Shown here in pieces: positions 1-11,882 of a stretch of DNA of 64,000 bases; the first letter of the stretch is position 1, and every line of letters begins with the position of its first letter. The stretch comes from Ramazzottius varieornatus. Lineage: Eukaryota; Animalia; Tardigrada. The stretch covers positions 1,298,263 to 1,362,262 of the forward strand of contig BDGG01000001.1 in the NCBI GenBank assembly GCA_001949185.1. The letters run 5' to 3'. Under the pieces are notes generated by a model. It was not told where the DNA came from. It saw only the letters and a list, made by a program, of their open reading frames with translations, and did not search any database. A program made the position numbers and the translations under genes.

Positions 1-1
1 G

Positions 2-208
2 ATCGTACTCAGTTGGAAAGGCCACTCGGCCAGCATTATAACCTATGATATTCCAGCCGTTAACGGCCTCATCCACGTTCTGGATCAAGTACTCTTTGAC
101 CAAGACTTCGATATTACTCAAGCCTCCCTGTCCCGTAGTAATACTTTGACTTCTTCTGTTTTCATAGCTGGCCAGTTGTTTTCATTGGGTCTGTTTCTGA
201 TATCTTGA
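2..208 (+). CDS. 3' end of fasciclin (FAS1) domain protein with hydrophobic, GPI-like C-terminus (partial)
   Basis: Frame 2 reads ...SIITYDIPAVNGLIHVLDQVLF..., the FAS1 H2 motif (DIxAxNGvIHvIDxVL), followed by a Ser/Thr spacer and hydrophobic tail (VFIAGQLFSLGLFLIS) ending at TGA 206-208. Confidence 0.8.
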   Translation: MVLSWKGHSASIITYDIPAVNGLIHVLDQVLFDQDFDITQASLSRSNTLTSSVFIAGQLFSLGLFLIS

Positions 209-815
209 GTTAAATCTTTTTGTTTGATGTTGCTTCCCCGGCAGATACAACATATTTGACATCGTTCCAGTTTCCGAAAACGGCTCTCGTGGTGGGTTAA
301 ACAGCCGCTCGTGGCTATGCGCGCTGCACTTAATTCTATTGTAGGAGAGGCCCAGTTATTAGCTGAGCCCCTGTTTGAGCAAGATAGGTTTTGGACTTGG
401 CGATTTTATCGAATACTTTGTAGTTATGATTAATGGAAAAGGATCGACGGGAAGCAACAACATAAGTTCTAAAAGTCTGGTGCCGTCGATAGAAGTTCTG
501 CTCTGTCGGAGTGTATAAGTGGAACAAGCGGAATAACCTGAATGATAGTCTATGAACGTTCTATCTTATTAGAAAACTTTGGCTGTTCGTAAATTGGACA
601 TGTGGAACCTGCGTAATAAGCAAACCTTCAAGTCTCGGTCAGGTTCTTGAAGTGGTTATTCTTTCAACATCTGATAAGCGGGACATGCGGAATAAGTGTA
701 TGCTTGCATCGACCCGACCGGGTCGAATGGGTTAGGAACATTTTCATTTGTATCATCGACCCGTTCGACCAGGGTCGACCCGTTATAAGTTAGTTAGGAG
801 AATCGGCGGTAAAGG

Positions 816-955
816 TACCGTAGACCAAATTATCGCGTGAACAGTAAATGATGCCCGGAGAAAGTTACAGAGACGACACTGAGTCATCTGATCGTACAGG
901 GCAACGATGACTCATCACGTGGTTGAGTGCGCGATAATTTGGTAGCACTACAGTA
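816..955. mobile_element. MITE family A, copy 1 (left TIR partly deleted)
   Basis: Ends in cacgtggttgagtgcgcgataatttggtagcactacagta. The internal sequence matches 37648-37806 in the opposite orientation. Confidence 0.8.
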
Positions 956-996
956 TTGTTTCCAGAGACAGCTGTACGTAGCTAACCATCTTCTGG

Positions 997-2546
997 TCAT
1001 ACAGTACATTCCCCCAACTCGACGCCAGAAATGGACCATGTTTGTGCGATTGATTTGCCAGATTTTCGAGCGTAGCTCGAAACTAGCCAGATTGAAGTTC
1101 TGACCACAGGTCGAATAGTCAAAAGGAAAAAGCTTGAAGTAGCGAAAGTCTGGGTGGTGTCCGAATCGGAGTGCACAGCGGTCAGATACGCTGGGCACAG
1201 CCGTATAACCAATCAAATACTAAACTGTCCAGAAAATATGCACCGGAAGAGTTTGCCAGTGCACGTCTCCAGCTGCAGCGGTTTGCTATAGACAGGACTG
1301 GCCCTTAACACCCCTGTGTCGTCTGTTTTGTGTTGTTTATCTTGCTGCCACTTGTATTACCTTCATTACCGCAGCAAAGTGCAGCAAATCTAATCTGCCG
1401 TACAGTTCGACTTGACGAACTACATGCGCAGCTTCATAAGAATAAAAACTAACCTAGTGTCTTCTGAGCAATGGTGTGGAGTAAGAACGGGTAGTCGATG
1501 CCGGTTGGTGACTGGCTGTTGAAGGTAAGATCATGTACACGGAAGTCTGAACCTTTCCCAAATAACTGCTTGAGCGCGCCACAGTTATTCCGGTAAAAGT
1601 TATTCGGGGTCCTTCAGCTGCTGTCGCACAGAAGGAAAACTGTTCTCCATCCGAAGTTGACTAGAAGCCTCCTCACAAAAGCCTGCAGGGCGCTGTCGTC
1701 GATCGCGCTCAGCGATAATGTAGTGGAGTATGTCTCCCGGGCGTGCATGTCCGAAGGATTTCCCGCCCTTGGAATAGAAAAAAAGATAATTTGGTCTTTT
1801 TAACGCGGTCTGAAGCAAAGAGATGTCAAAGTTGTTTTCGTCTTTTTGTCTTCTCTTCAGTTCCGCAAACGGTAGCTTATAATGACCCACACGGTGAGAA
1901 ACGGAGCGTTCCAACCTACAAATAAAACATACAGAAGAGCGGCATCGAAGTCACTTTGGCGGCACGCACGATCTGCAGTACAGTATGCTAGAAACTGATG
2001 CTGACGATCGCCAAATCCACCGCTCATATATAGCTCGCATACCTAGGAAGAGAGGAGCTACTTCCTGGATGTTTGGAGAGCAGCCTGCAAAGAGCAAGCT
2101 GGCTGTACGTCCGCATGCTTAAGCCGACGCGGAGGGCCAAAACTGTCATCGGTGTTGCGCACTTGATCCAACTTACCGTGCGTCATGGCCATCACCACGT
2201 AATCGGACGGTTTACCACGATAATAATATCTGCTGACCAGGTCCACAATGTTAGCGGTCATTGATTCACAGTCCAAATCGGTGCGCGTGATTGGCGCCAA
2301 GTGAAACTGCAGATACGTTCCGTATTTCTGGTTTGCTGTCTCAACTCCCGCTTCAAACGATGGGTAATAATGACGATAGCTGTTCTGATAAATAGCCAGA
2401 AGTAAAATGTTGATTGGTAGGATCCCTGTTGCGTTTGTGTATTCTACTAAGGCTGTCACCATGATGTTTCCGTATTCAGTTGCAACTGGAATCCCCCACA
2501 CGCAACGAACAGTAAGAGTTATGGTTGCAACAATCCAGCGCACCAC
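997..2546 (-). pseudogene. Degenerate ANF-receptor/receptor-guanylate-cyclase-type extracellular domain gene
   Basis: Exon 2177-2546 reads ...YPSFEAGVETANQKY...LDCESMTANIVDLVSRYYY. Downstream fragments read WNAPFLT and PDFRYF..FDYST. No continuous spliced frame could be built, and the 3' end abuts a MITE. Confidence 0.45.
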
Positions 2547-3435
2547 ACGAAATCAGACAGTTCCAAAGTCTACGGAGTTTGCTGAGCTTTATGGATCGCA
2601 GCTGAAAGATTATTGCTAGAGTACTCGAGCGGTGTTGACGTCTGGATGGAACGACGAAGGCTAGTTATCCTGGCCGTAACTGACAGCTGGCCCTGAGCGG
2701 CAATGCTTCCGTCCTTTTTACTGATTCTCGAGTGCGGCTCAGTTCATTAGAACTGACAACAAGATCACGGTACAAGCCCAAACTGTGCATGAATGGCAAA
2801 GACAAGTGTTGAAAGCTGGTAGTCTGCTCTGTCAACCCCGATACGCAAATGGCGTCCTTTCTTTGCTTTGAGGTTGAGATACCTTTATTGAGAAGAACAT
2901 ATTCTGGTCTAAAATAATGAGGAGCAAAGCTCGGGAATGAGGAGCAATCTCCAGAACACGATACTCAGAATCAAGTTCTGATCATAGGTTAAAAAGTTGG
3001 GAAGAACAAGGTGGAAGCCCCAACTTCCCGTTATCGCGTAAGCAGCAAGCGGATCGGTTGTATGTGCTGTGCGCAGTTATTTCAATCCATTAATTCAAAT
3101 ATCAACCGTGCAGAGACCACGTGCACCGGAAGTGCTCGCTGATGCGCGTCTCTCAGTAGAGCGTGTTACGCCCCATTCGTGCTTACGCGTCGGCGACAGA
3201 AGACAGCAGTTGAAACGCTTTTTGGTGACGTCATCGTTCGCACTTCCAGCGGCGAAAGTTCTGCGGCTGCAACAAAAGTTCCTGAGTACGAACGGTCCAT
3301 TAGCTTTTTCCGCTCGGTTTTTCGCATTAACTTCTTCATTTAGTGCCGTATTCCGCAACCTACGGGAATCAGATTGAGCAGCCTGCGGAAAATGTTTTTC
3401 TGGCGGATTTTCACTTTGGCGCGTTTTCTATCTTC

Positions 3436-3524
3436 CTGTAATACAACCCCTTCTGTAATACAACCCCTTCTGTTATACAACCCCTTCTGTAATACAACCC
3501 CTTCTGTAATACAACCCCTTCTGT
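3436..3524. repeat. 17-nt minisatellite (ctgtaatacaacccctt) x5
   Basis: Tandem copies are directly visible, with one substitution. Confidence 0.9.
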
Positions 3525-6073
3525 ACTCAGCCAGGATCTCTTGCATAGAATCTATCGAGGTATATACTAACTCAGCGAGAAATGGCTGATGACGGGGATA
3601 ACGAGGAGATGCATGAAAGGAATCTTGAAAGAGCAAAGGCAGTCGGCCACTTCCGACAGGTTGTGGTCTATGACACGACACCACACCATATGACATGACC
3701 TGACGTGACATTCCGTTTCTGCCGCATCGGAGTATGAACGACAGGCAGTTTTACGGAAAGGTGCAGAGAGTAAAAACTTAGCGAAAAAGTTGTAACATCA
3801 TGCCTGCGTCGGAAATTTGCGAAACGTTGGCAGCCGCATTACTTGATTGCAAACTTCTCGCCTTTGACTTCTGTCGCCGACGCGTAAGCACGAATGGGGC
3901 ATTACTCGTGTTAAGACCGGCTTTTAACACCCGTGTTTTTAGGGTGGTATTCTCATAAATTTCAGCCACTCGTTCTGATTTCATTACCGCGGCAAAGTCC
4001 GAAAAATTGAGCCTACGGTACGGTTTAAAATTCCGAAGAACATGATGTTATAAAAGGCCAGTTCCGAGCGAAAATGCTTTGGACGCATTCTTTTATGGAG
4101 GTACCCATCTATCGAAACTTGCTCCTTGAAAAATCGGAGAGATCTAGATTCGCCAGTCACTTTCACGATATCTCTCCTGATATAGCTTCAAAGCGGCAGC
4201 GGTCTTCTTCGGTTAACGGCGGAAACTAAACACGGAAAGGAACAAGCAATGCTCAAAACTGTTCGGCAGCCAGCCTTGCAGGCGCTATGAAATGCTCACG
4301 AGACTGTGACAAAGACAGTGTGACACACTCCGCAGCGCCCAACAGGCGGCACCGTCGAAGAACTTTAACCATCGGGCAAACGCAACTGGCCCATTGCCGA
4401 AGAAGTTTGGCGATAGTCTAGTCGTTCGAAATGTACTCCATATTTTTCAATTTCAAGAGAGAGAAATCACCAGATTCAACAAGGCCGCTCGCCATCTTCT
4501 CTACTGTTTGGTCATGGGACTCTCCAAACCTTTCGGACATAAGAAAGTGTTGTTTCCGACTACTGTATGCTCTCCCGAAATTCTCGTACGTCACTGATTC
4601 TCAAATCAGTTTTAGTTCTAGTTTTACACTCTGAATGGAGTGACGGACGTGAATTTCGGGAGAGTATACAGTACTTGGCATGTGGTTGAAAGTGGAGAGC
4701 AGAATGAACAAACATGTGCGTCGACAGATGTAAAAGGTTGATCCTAATTGCTCGAATAGTTTTTGAAAAACGTGGTAAATCAGTCTCTGGTTGGTTACAG
4801 TTATGCTTCCGCTCGATGGATAGACCATCTCGATCTTGCGAATGATACATGATTTGAGGTCTCAATTTTGATCGCTTGATTACCCCAATCAATGTAACAA
4901 CACCATTTACCGGCGAAAACTGACCTTTTCGAGCAAAATATTTCTATCCAGCTTGTAGGACAGGTTGAGTTATCTCCAAAAAAGTTTGCACGATAGACAA
5001 CGGTTCGGCCTAGTTTATGAAAACTAGTTGGACATCTTTCGTTCAAATCCAAAGGAGTACCTGTAAATAACTCAAGAAAGATGCTCAACGTCTTGCTTAC
5101 TAGCAAGTTTGATGCGCATATTTTTCACCAAAACCAGAATTGTCAAACGCAGGTATTTTCTCCTGGACTAAAATGTCTTCTCTACAAGATTGCATCAGCA
5201 GAATAGTTTTTCCAAGCTTCATACAGTGACAAGCGAACCCGAACCAACCAAATTTCCATCCTGAAACCGACCCTCGGTTTCCGGATACTTATGAGTTTCT
5301 CAAAACTGTTTTCTCCCGATCCTGTGATCTGAACGACATTTTCCGCGTAAGATCTCAACGCCCTGGCTACTGGGGGGGGGGGGGAAGGGGGAACTCGGTG
5401 TCCCAGTGTAGAGTTAAACTGCTAGGAAAACTTTCGTATGGCGTCCCTATGAACAAAATTGTTGTCTTTGCCTGTGGAAAACATTACGTTAACGCATGGA
5501 TGAAAGAACCGCCGATTATTGTTTCTCCCCACCAGCAAAAAAGTATGTTTATTCTCCGGCCAGTTTTTGCTTCATGTGGGAAGTTAATTTTTTGTGCAAG
5601 TTTCGGTTCATGAAAACTCCTAAAGAAATGGAAAGAGAGCGGAACCATTCCTTCACAGAATGCAATCTGTGGATTGTGAGTACGGACTGTCCAATGGTCT
5701 CAAGCAAATTGCGAATGTTTGGTATATCGATTCGCTTAGTGGCGCATTTTGCGGCTGCAGGGGTGGAGCAAACGTACGGTGCCCTGAGCTCTGTTATGTG
5801 GGCGAACGGTAGTTGGTTGTTTCAGACCACACCCCCGTTTTAACCAGTCACAAAGTGGGATGTCTGATACTTCCCCATGGTCGCCTGCCGCTGTAGAGTG
5901 CGTGGTAGCCAGGGTGTTAAGGGCTTGAGCTAGTTGTAGGCAGAAGTTGAAAATAGGGAAAGTTTCGCAGAACGTTTCACAGTATATAGCGGTGCAAAAA
6001 CTATTCAAGTATTAGAATCAACCGGTACAGTCGAGCAGAACTCAATGCTGCCGCGTAACGTTTACGTGTGGTA

Positions 6074-6545
6074 GTACAGTAATGATGAGCCTTACATTTT
6101 ACATTACACTACATTTTACATTATAATTACACTATTACACGACATTACAACCGCCGGGAAGTTGTAATGTAAATGCAAAATGTAATTACACGTTCTACAA
6201 GCCGAAAATCTGTGGTATGTTTGAGCGTTTTGCCGCGAAAAATCTAAACCCGGCTGATTTACGTGGGACAATTGTGAGAAACTTCGTCAATATGGCCATT
6301 TTGTAAGCTTATTCACCTATTTGTGGAAAACGATTGCAGAGAACTATGTTTTGTGCAAACGCAGTAGTTGTTGGTCTGACATTTTACTCGCTCCATATCA
6401 CTTGTATAGGTTATAAACTACTCTGTTTGTAAAATGTAAACTGGTGTAAAATGTAATTACGATTTTACAATTACACCATTTTACATTACATTTACACATT
6501 ACACATCACACGGACCATCTGCGTGTAATGCTCATCACTACAGTA
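6074..6545. mobile_element. MITE with TTACA/TGTAA pentamer-rich subterminal regions
   Basis: Left end tacagtaatgatgagccttaca and right end tgtaatgctcatcactacagta form an inverted pair. TTACA runs occur near both ends. Confidence 0.7.
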
Positions 6546-6574
6546 CAGTCAGCTCCTTCGAAATCCGTACAAAA

Positions 6575-6666
6575 TTTTTCGGTTTCGTTTTGAGGCCTGC
6601 TAAACACTCACCGCACAGCATGCCATGACAGAGACCAAAATTACGTAGCACATGCATTACACCGTG
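6575..6666. repeat. Dispersed repeat, copy 1 (matches about 46065-46166)
   Basis: ttttcggtttcgttttgaggcctgctaaacactcaccgcacagcatgcca aligns with ttttcggtttcattccgaggcctgcaaaacgttcaccgcacagcatgcca. Confidence 0.7.
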
Positions 6667-6870
6667 CTACAATTGCTGTAATCAAGTAATCAAGTAACAG
6701 GGTTACGGCCGTAGCGTGCCTGGCAAGCAGTATTGTGCATTTGAAATGACTTCAGAGTTTTGAAATCGAAAAACTTTGTACGGATTTCGAACGAGCTGAC
6801 TGTACTAGTACTTCTCATCACCAACACTTGCTTGTACGCTAGGATGTTGCGTCACACTGTCGATCAAAAT

Positions 6871-7811
6871 CTACGACCATTTCTTGTTCTTGTAGGGCAG
6901 GCCTTTGTATCCCAGATTCGTATCGTCAAAGCAGTCCACGCAGCGCAAACCATAGTTCTTCCGCTGAAGCTTGATGGCTTCGGCGAACCAAATCAACTGG
7001 TCAAGTGCGGCGTCCAAACCGGATAAGAGCGATTCATCTTTTGTGGTTCCATCTGGCGTCACAACTTCTTCCACTTTCGGGATAGCTACGAGTTATAAAA
7101 CGCTACTTGCAGTACTCAGAAAACATTTTATGTCTGTTTGTTCATGTGGACTTACCAACGAGGCTCGGGACTTGAATCAACCCCAGGTCAGATAGGAAAC
7201 TCCTCAGCTGCATCGCTGCGCGCACTCCGCCGAAGCGCCCTACACGATATCAGATACATACAGTTGTGTGAACTATTTGCCGGCGTTTGGTACCAACAAT
7301 TTTCTGTGCTGAAAGTTACCTTCCTGACTTACCTTTGGAGTAGGATACGACAGCCGATGGTCGAAAGGCGTAAGAGTTTGGCGGGAACTGGTTCATCAGG
7401 TTCAAAAGTCCTGGGGCAATGGATCCGTGATACTCGGCAGTCAGGACGACGAAGGCGTCGGCATCTTTGATTTGTTGATTGAGCGCCAGAATATTCTCTG
7501 GCACTATTTCCGACTTGTTGTAGTACTGGATTGGCTTGATCACTTTGTCAAACTCCAACTTGAGAGCATCTGCGCAAGAGCACATTTTTGGTCAGGGAAG
7601 AAGTACGGTAATATTGGTAAAATAAAGTGTATCAGTGCGGGGATCATATTGTATACTCTGCGTACGTAAGCTTACCAAATACAGTAACGTTGATTGACCG
7701 CTCCTCTAGTCTATCCTGAACGAGCTTCAGCACCCGATCGGCATTTCGGGGCTGACGGACAGATCCAAGGAACAGGATGATATTTAATCCTGCCGCTACC
7801 AATGGCGCCAT
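6871..7811 (-). CDS. NADPH-dependent FMN reductase / azoreductase-like flavoprotein (FMN_red), copy 1; exons 7811-7676, 7569-7333, 7239-7156, 7085-6871
   Basis: Flavodoxin-fold motifs FLGSVRQPR, ADAFVVLTAEYHGSIAPGL, RPSAVVSYSKGRFGGVRA and QLIWFAEA. All introns are GT-AG and the phases join in frame. Confidence 0.9.
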
Positions 7812-8144
7812 GACGTCAGCGAACGTTAAGAGCACAGCCAAGTTTTGGTCAGATGCTTTTTACGACACCGGAATACTGACACACACTGTGAGCACCGCGA
7901 AGTTCACGGCTCAATCTAGATTTGAGCAAACAAGGAAGCCTATGATGGTCAGTGCTGATTTCCGGACCAGGAGATAACGCTAATCGGTAGATCTTTTTAA
8001 ATTTACTTTAGCCTGACACCACTTGAGCTGATGAGAGCATGCACAATTAAAACGCAATCGAGAAAAAAGACGTTCAATCAAAAAATCAGCTTTCCTTGAC
8101 AAGTCGATTTTCGGCAAACATACTAAATCAAAGGCTTTAGACTT

Positions 8145-9093
8145 TCACAGAATCCACTTTTTTCCTTTGTAAAGCAATTCCTTGACCTATAAGAAGAAGA
8201 CTTCGAGAGACTGTGCTGTGCTACGATTCAAGCACACCATAAGGAAGCGTTCACATCACCTTGCTGTACTCTTTAACCGTGGTTGCAAACCAGATGAGTT
8301 CTTCAACTACCGCTGCAGTCGATGCCAACACTGTGTCATCCTTCGTTTGTCCGTCTGGCGTGATGGTGTTTTCGACCTTGGCGATTGCTACAGAACCGAA
8401 TCAGCTACAGTGAAGAATAATGAAGTAACGAAGCAATGAATTGCGGGCTGCCTTACCGAGAACGCTAGGGATGTGGATCATGCCCAACTCCGAGAGGAAT
8501 GTCCGTAGTTGTGTGGAAGCTCGAATGCCACCGAAGCGTCCCTTGGAGTAACTGACGATGGCTGCCGGTCGGTAGGCATAACTCAGGCCGGGAAACTGGT
8601 CCATCAGGGTGGAAAGAGCTGGCGCCACCGCAGAATGGTATTCTTGATGAATAAAAAAATCGCTCAAGTTTAATTTTGATCAAAATACGTGCAGGGTCCT
8701 TCGATACAAGGTGTTACCTGGCGTAACGATAATAAACCCATCTGCTTTCTTTATCCTCGCGTTGTTGTCCAGCAAATGCTGCGGCGCGTCTTCCTGCTTG
8801 GGGTAATAATGAAGCGGAGTAACCACCTTGGTGTAGTTGTACACAGCCATTTCCACCGGATCTGCATGCAAAGTACAAAGTATTCACTGGTAAAGAAATC
8901 CGTAGAAAATCGTACAGTGATCCTGAATGTTGTGCTTTACATTTCCGCCGTACTTACCAAAGATTTCAACGGAAACATTGTGCTTAGCTATGAAGTTGGT
9001 CAGATACTTTTTGACGCGTTCGGCATTGCGGTTCTCTCGGACCGAGCCCAGGAAGAGGATAAAATGGAGCCCGGCTGGAGTCAGGAAAACCAT
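8145..9093 (-). CDS. NADPH-dependent FMN reductase, copy 2; exons 9093-8958, 8861-8718, 8642-8457, 8387-about 8260, about 8186-8145
   Basis: Motifs FLGSVRENR, ADGFIIVTPEYHSAVAPAL and SYSKGRFGGIRA. The last exon, VKELLYKGKKWIL*, mirrors the copy 1 ending KGLPYKNKKWS*. Confidence 0.88.
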
Positions 9094-9562
9094 GATGGCA
9101 ACCTCCGGCACGCAGAAGATCAAGAAGAAAATCAAGGATGCAAAGTTGGTTCTTCGGAGCTACAGAAAAACCAGCACGCACTGTTCGAGTGATGTCGTCC
9201 TAGACAAAAGTGAGTCGGTGTATCGGAAATCAGACAAGCAGCCGAACTTTGCTTCCAGACCGAGTCCAGTTGTGATTTTAATCTACAGCATCGGCGTGTA
9301 GGCTAATCTTAGCGTCGCCCGTAATTCTTGACATTCTTGAACGGTGTTACATAACAAAAGGCTCTGGAAAACATTATCTGACACCACCGGAAAGACCGGA
9401 AAGACCAACAGAAGTCACCACTACCGCTCATAAAATAATCTAAAAACTGCAGCCAGGTGTGTGAATTCAAATCGAGAAAATTAGAAGTCAACTTAATGCG
9501 ATGAAAGATTTCCGTAGCAGCCATGAATATTTCCCTCAGGAAGGAGAACGCCCCGCAAAATT

Positions 9563-11882
9563 TCATGTCATACTGCAAAGAAGATAGTTTTCAGAGTGCA
9601 GCTTAAGATCACTGTAAAGGACGTACAAGCAAACTGCCCAGTAGGCTATGATGGAACAGAGATACAGGAGGGGGAACATCACGCGGCAGATGGCATCCAG
9701 CCGATCGCCACGAGTGATCACTTCCTTCTTGACGGAATAGCTGCTGCCGGCTAGCAAGGGCGTGGCCATCGGTGTGTAAATCATGGTATCCATGTTGTTC
9801 ACTGTCTTGTAGCACATGACGTCGCGGCGATTCCAGTAGTTTGCTATCACCGAAACGATCAGGCTGAAGGCCGCGAACAGCGCACACAACTGACCCCAGA
9901 ATCCATACGCTACGACACAATACACATTTCCTAGTTGTAGAGCGCAGCTCTGGGATTAGGGACCATGTTACCATTGCCGTAAGAAACCCGCAGTGCTTCA
10001 GACTTCCCTTCCGTTTGAAGCTGGTAGATGGTCAGCAAGGCTGCTAGTCCCAGAAGCACTCGGGGTGTCAGCATGTCGGGGTGCATCCAGAAAGCTAACC
10101 ATGACAGAGCTACAAGCATTGCCTGAAAAATCCCCTCATCACTCATAGCATTTAATGCATCAGATAGCGCCAAGAAAACCAGTCAACTTACGGTTGGGAC
10201 GTAGTAGTGGACGATGTAAGGTGGAACCATGCGAGCAAAGGCGATGTTAACCGTCAGCATGGTGAAGTTCTCTGATGAAATGTGACAATATTAATACATT
10301 CAAAGATCGATTCTCTTCCACACTAGCCACTGCTTTGTCGTTGAGAAAGTTTACAAGTACCGTTATGGGTGGAAAGTACTTCGCGTGTAAAGCTGGTGTT
10401 CTTCAATTCGAAGCGTCCTTGAGTATTCTGAAAGTGTGCGACGGTGATGGGCATTGTGCCATTCCATTGCAGATCGACCTGGTCAGCCGTGTAGCCATCT
10501 GGACATGGTACCATGGTTAGTTCGAGTCGAATATCGATACGTCAAGTAACGGCAACAGGAAGGAAGATTACGACTCACAGCTTCCAAGGTTGATGCGGCA
10601 TGTTTGATGGTCCAAGGGGAACCAAGTGAACGTCATTGGACAGGTCGACGTCAGAGATATCCTATAATACGAGGTACGAATTAGTGGGTACCGTAAAAGG
10701 GCTTCTGCGCAATGCCGAGGACATACTTGGTGCTCATGTATACGGTACCACTGGGGTAAACCCGATACAGAACGTCTGCGAATAAGTAGTTTCATTGAAG
10801 AGTAAATTCGATGCAACGACAGTAAGCCGCTGCGCAGGTATTGACATAGAATACACGCACGATGGGTGATTATGGGACCTTAAAAACTATGGGACAGGCC
10901 TTTTCGCTACGGCGGTACGGAAGAACGTACGTACACGACCGATTCACAATAATACACTTTTTGACACTTTTCTACGGTCGAATTTCCATGTTGCCGTCGT
11001 GTCCGCCTGTCCCATAATTATCCATCGTGCATGTACGGATACAAGGGAAAAAGTAGAGCTTACTGGGCGTCAATACGTGATGAAAGTGGGCATTCTTCTC
11101 GTTGTTGAAGAAAATATCAGGAATCCATAATTTAGGGTGGTTTTCCTGGACGAAAAGGTATGGGTGGCGAGGGTTGGCGGGATGCACTAGACGTTCATCC
11201 GTCCATGTCAATCGCATCGTCAGCGTTGTGTGTAGCTCCTGTCGGAATGGAAATTATTAATACGAGCTGTGAATTCAACACTAAAGAAGCAAGCGTACAA
11301 CTTGACGATGATCAGTCAAGCCGGATATTCCTGCACTTACCATTTTGGCATCGTCTAGCGTAAAATCTCGGATGTATATACTGACGTTAACCACAGTGGG
11401 AGCACCTACCAGTGTGAAACAATGAATGAATAATAAACGCGCTTGTTTTTGCTTTGGGTAACCCAAGCTCGATCTCAAAGACTCGGTGGTTGTTGATCTC
11501 CCTTACCATCTTCCAGTTTTCCGGAGAGGGCAGTGCTATCGTGCACGTATGCTCCGGGCCGCGTCCACTTGTCGTACTTCGCCAACAAGTGGCTCAACAT
11601 TGCGTGGTCTCCCAGTCCTTGCACGCTTGTCTTCCCGTGTCTGCAAGCGGAAGAGAGAGAGAGAGTAAGAGATAGAGGGGTAATAAAGAAATAACATTCA
11701 AGGAAGGTAAACGAGTTTTTCCAAGCTTGACGTGTTAATTGATTGGATGTGGCATATGATTGTCGAATTACAGCCACTTACTTGTTGTGCGACGGATCTC
11801 TTGCGGTTAAATTCCGCTGGGGATCTTGATGGCCGATGGCAAATACCGTTCCAAACAGAACAGAGGCCAACAAGCACCGCAT
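9563..11882 (-). CDS. Divergent Cys-loop ligand-gated ion channel subunit (GABA/Gly/GluCl-like anion channel clade), about 10 exons
   Basis: Signal peptide MRCLLASVLFGTVFA; motifs YDKWTRP, WTDERL and LWIPDIFFNNEK; Cys-loop CPMTFTWFPLDHQTC; M1 YVPT/AMLVALSWLAFWM; M4 LDAICRVMFPLLY. Confidence 0.92.
10852..11035. mobile_element. MITE family B, copy 1 (intronic in the Cys-loop gene)
   Basis: Inverted ends tacacgcacgatggg..tatgggac and gtcccataattatccatcgtgcatgta. Homologous to 13190-13381 in the opposite orientation. Confidence 0.75.

Noticed and set aside
3436-3524. Possible CRISPR array
   Set aside because: The repeats are head-to-tail with no spacers, and the context is eukaryotic.
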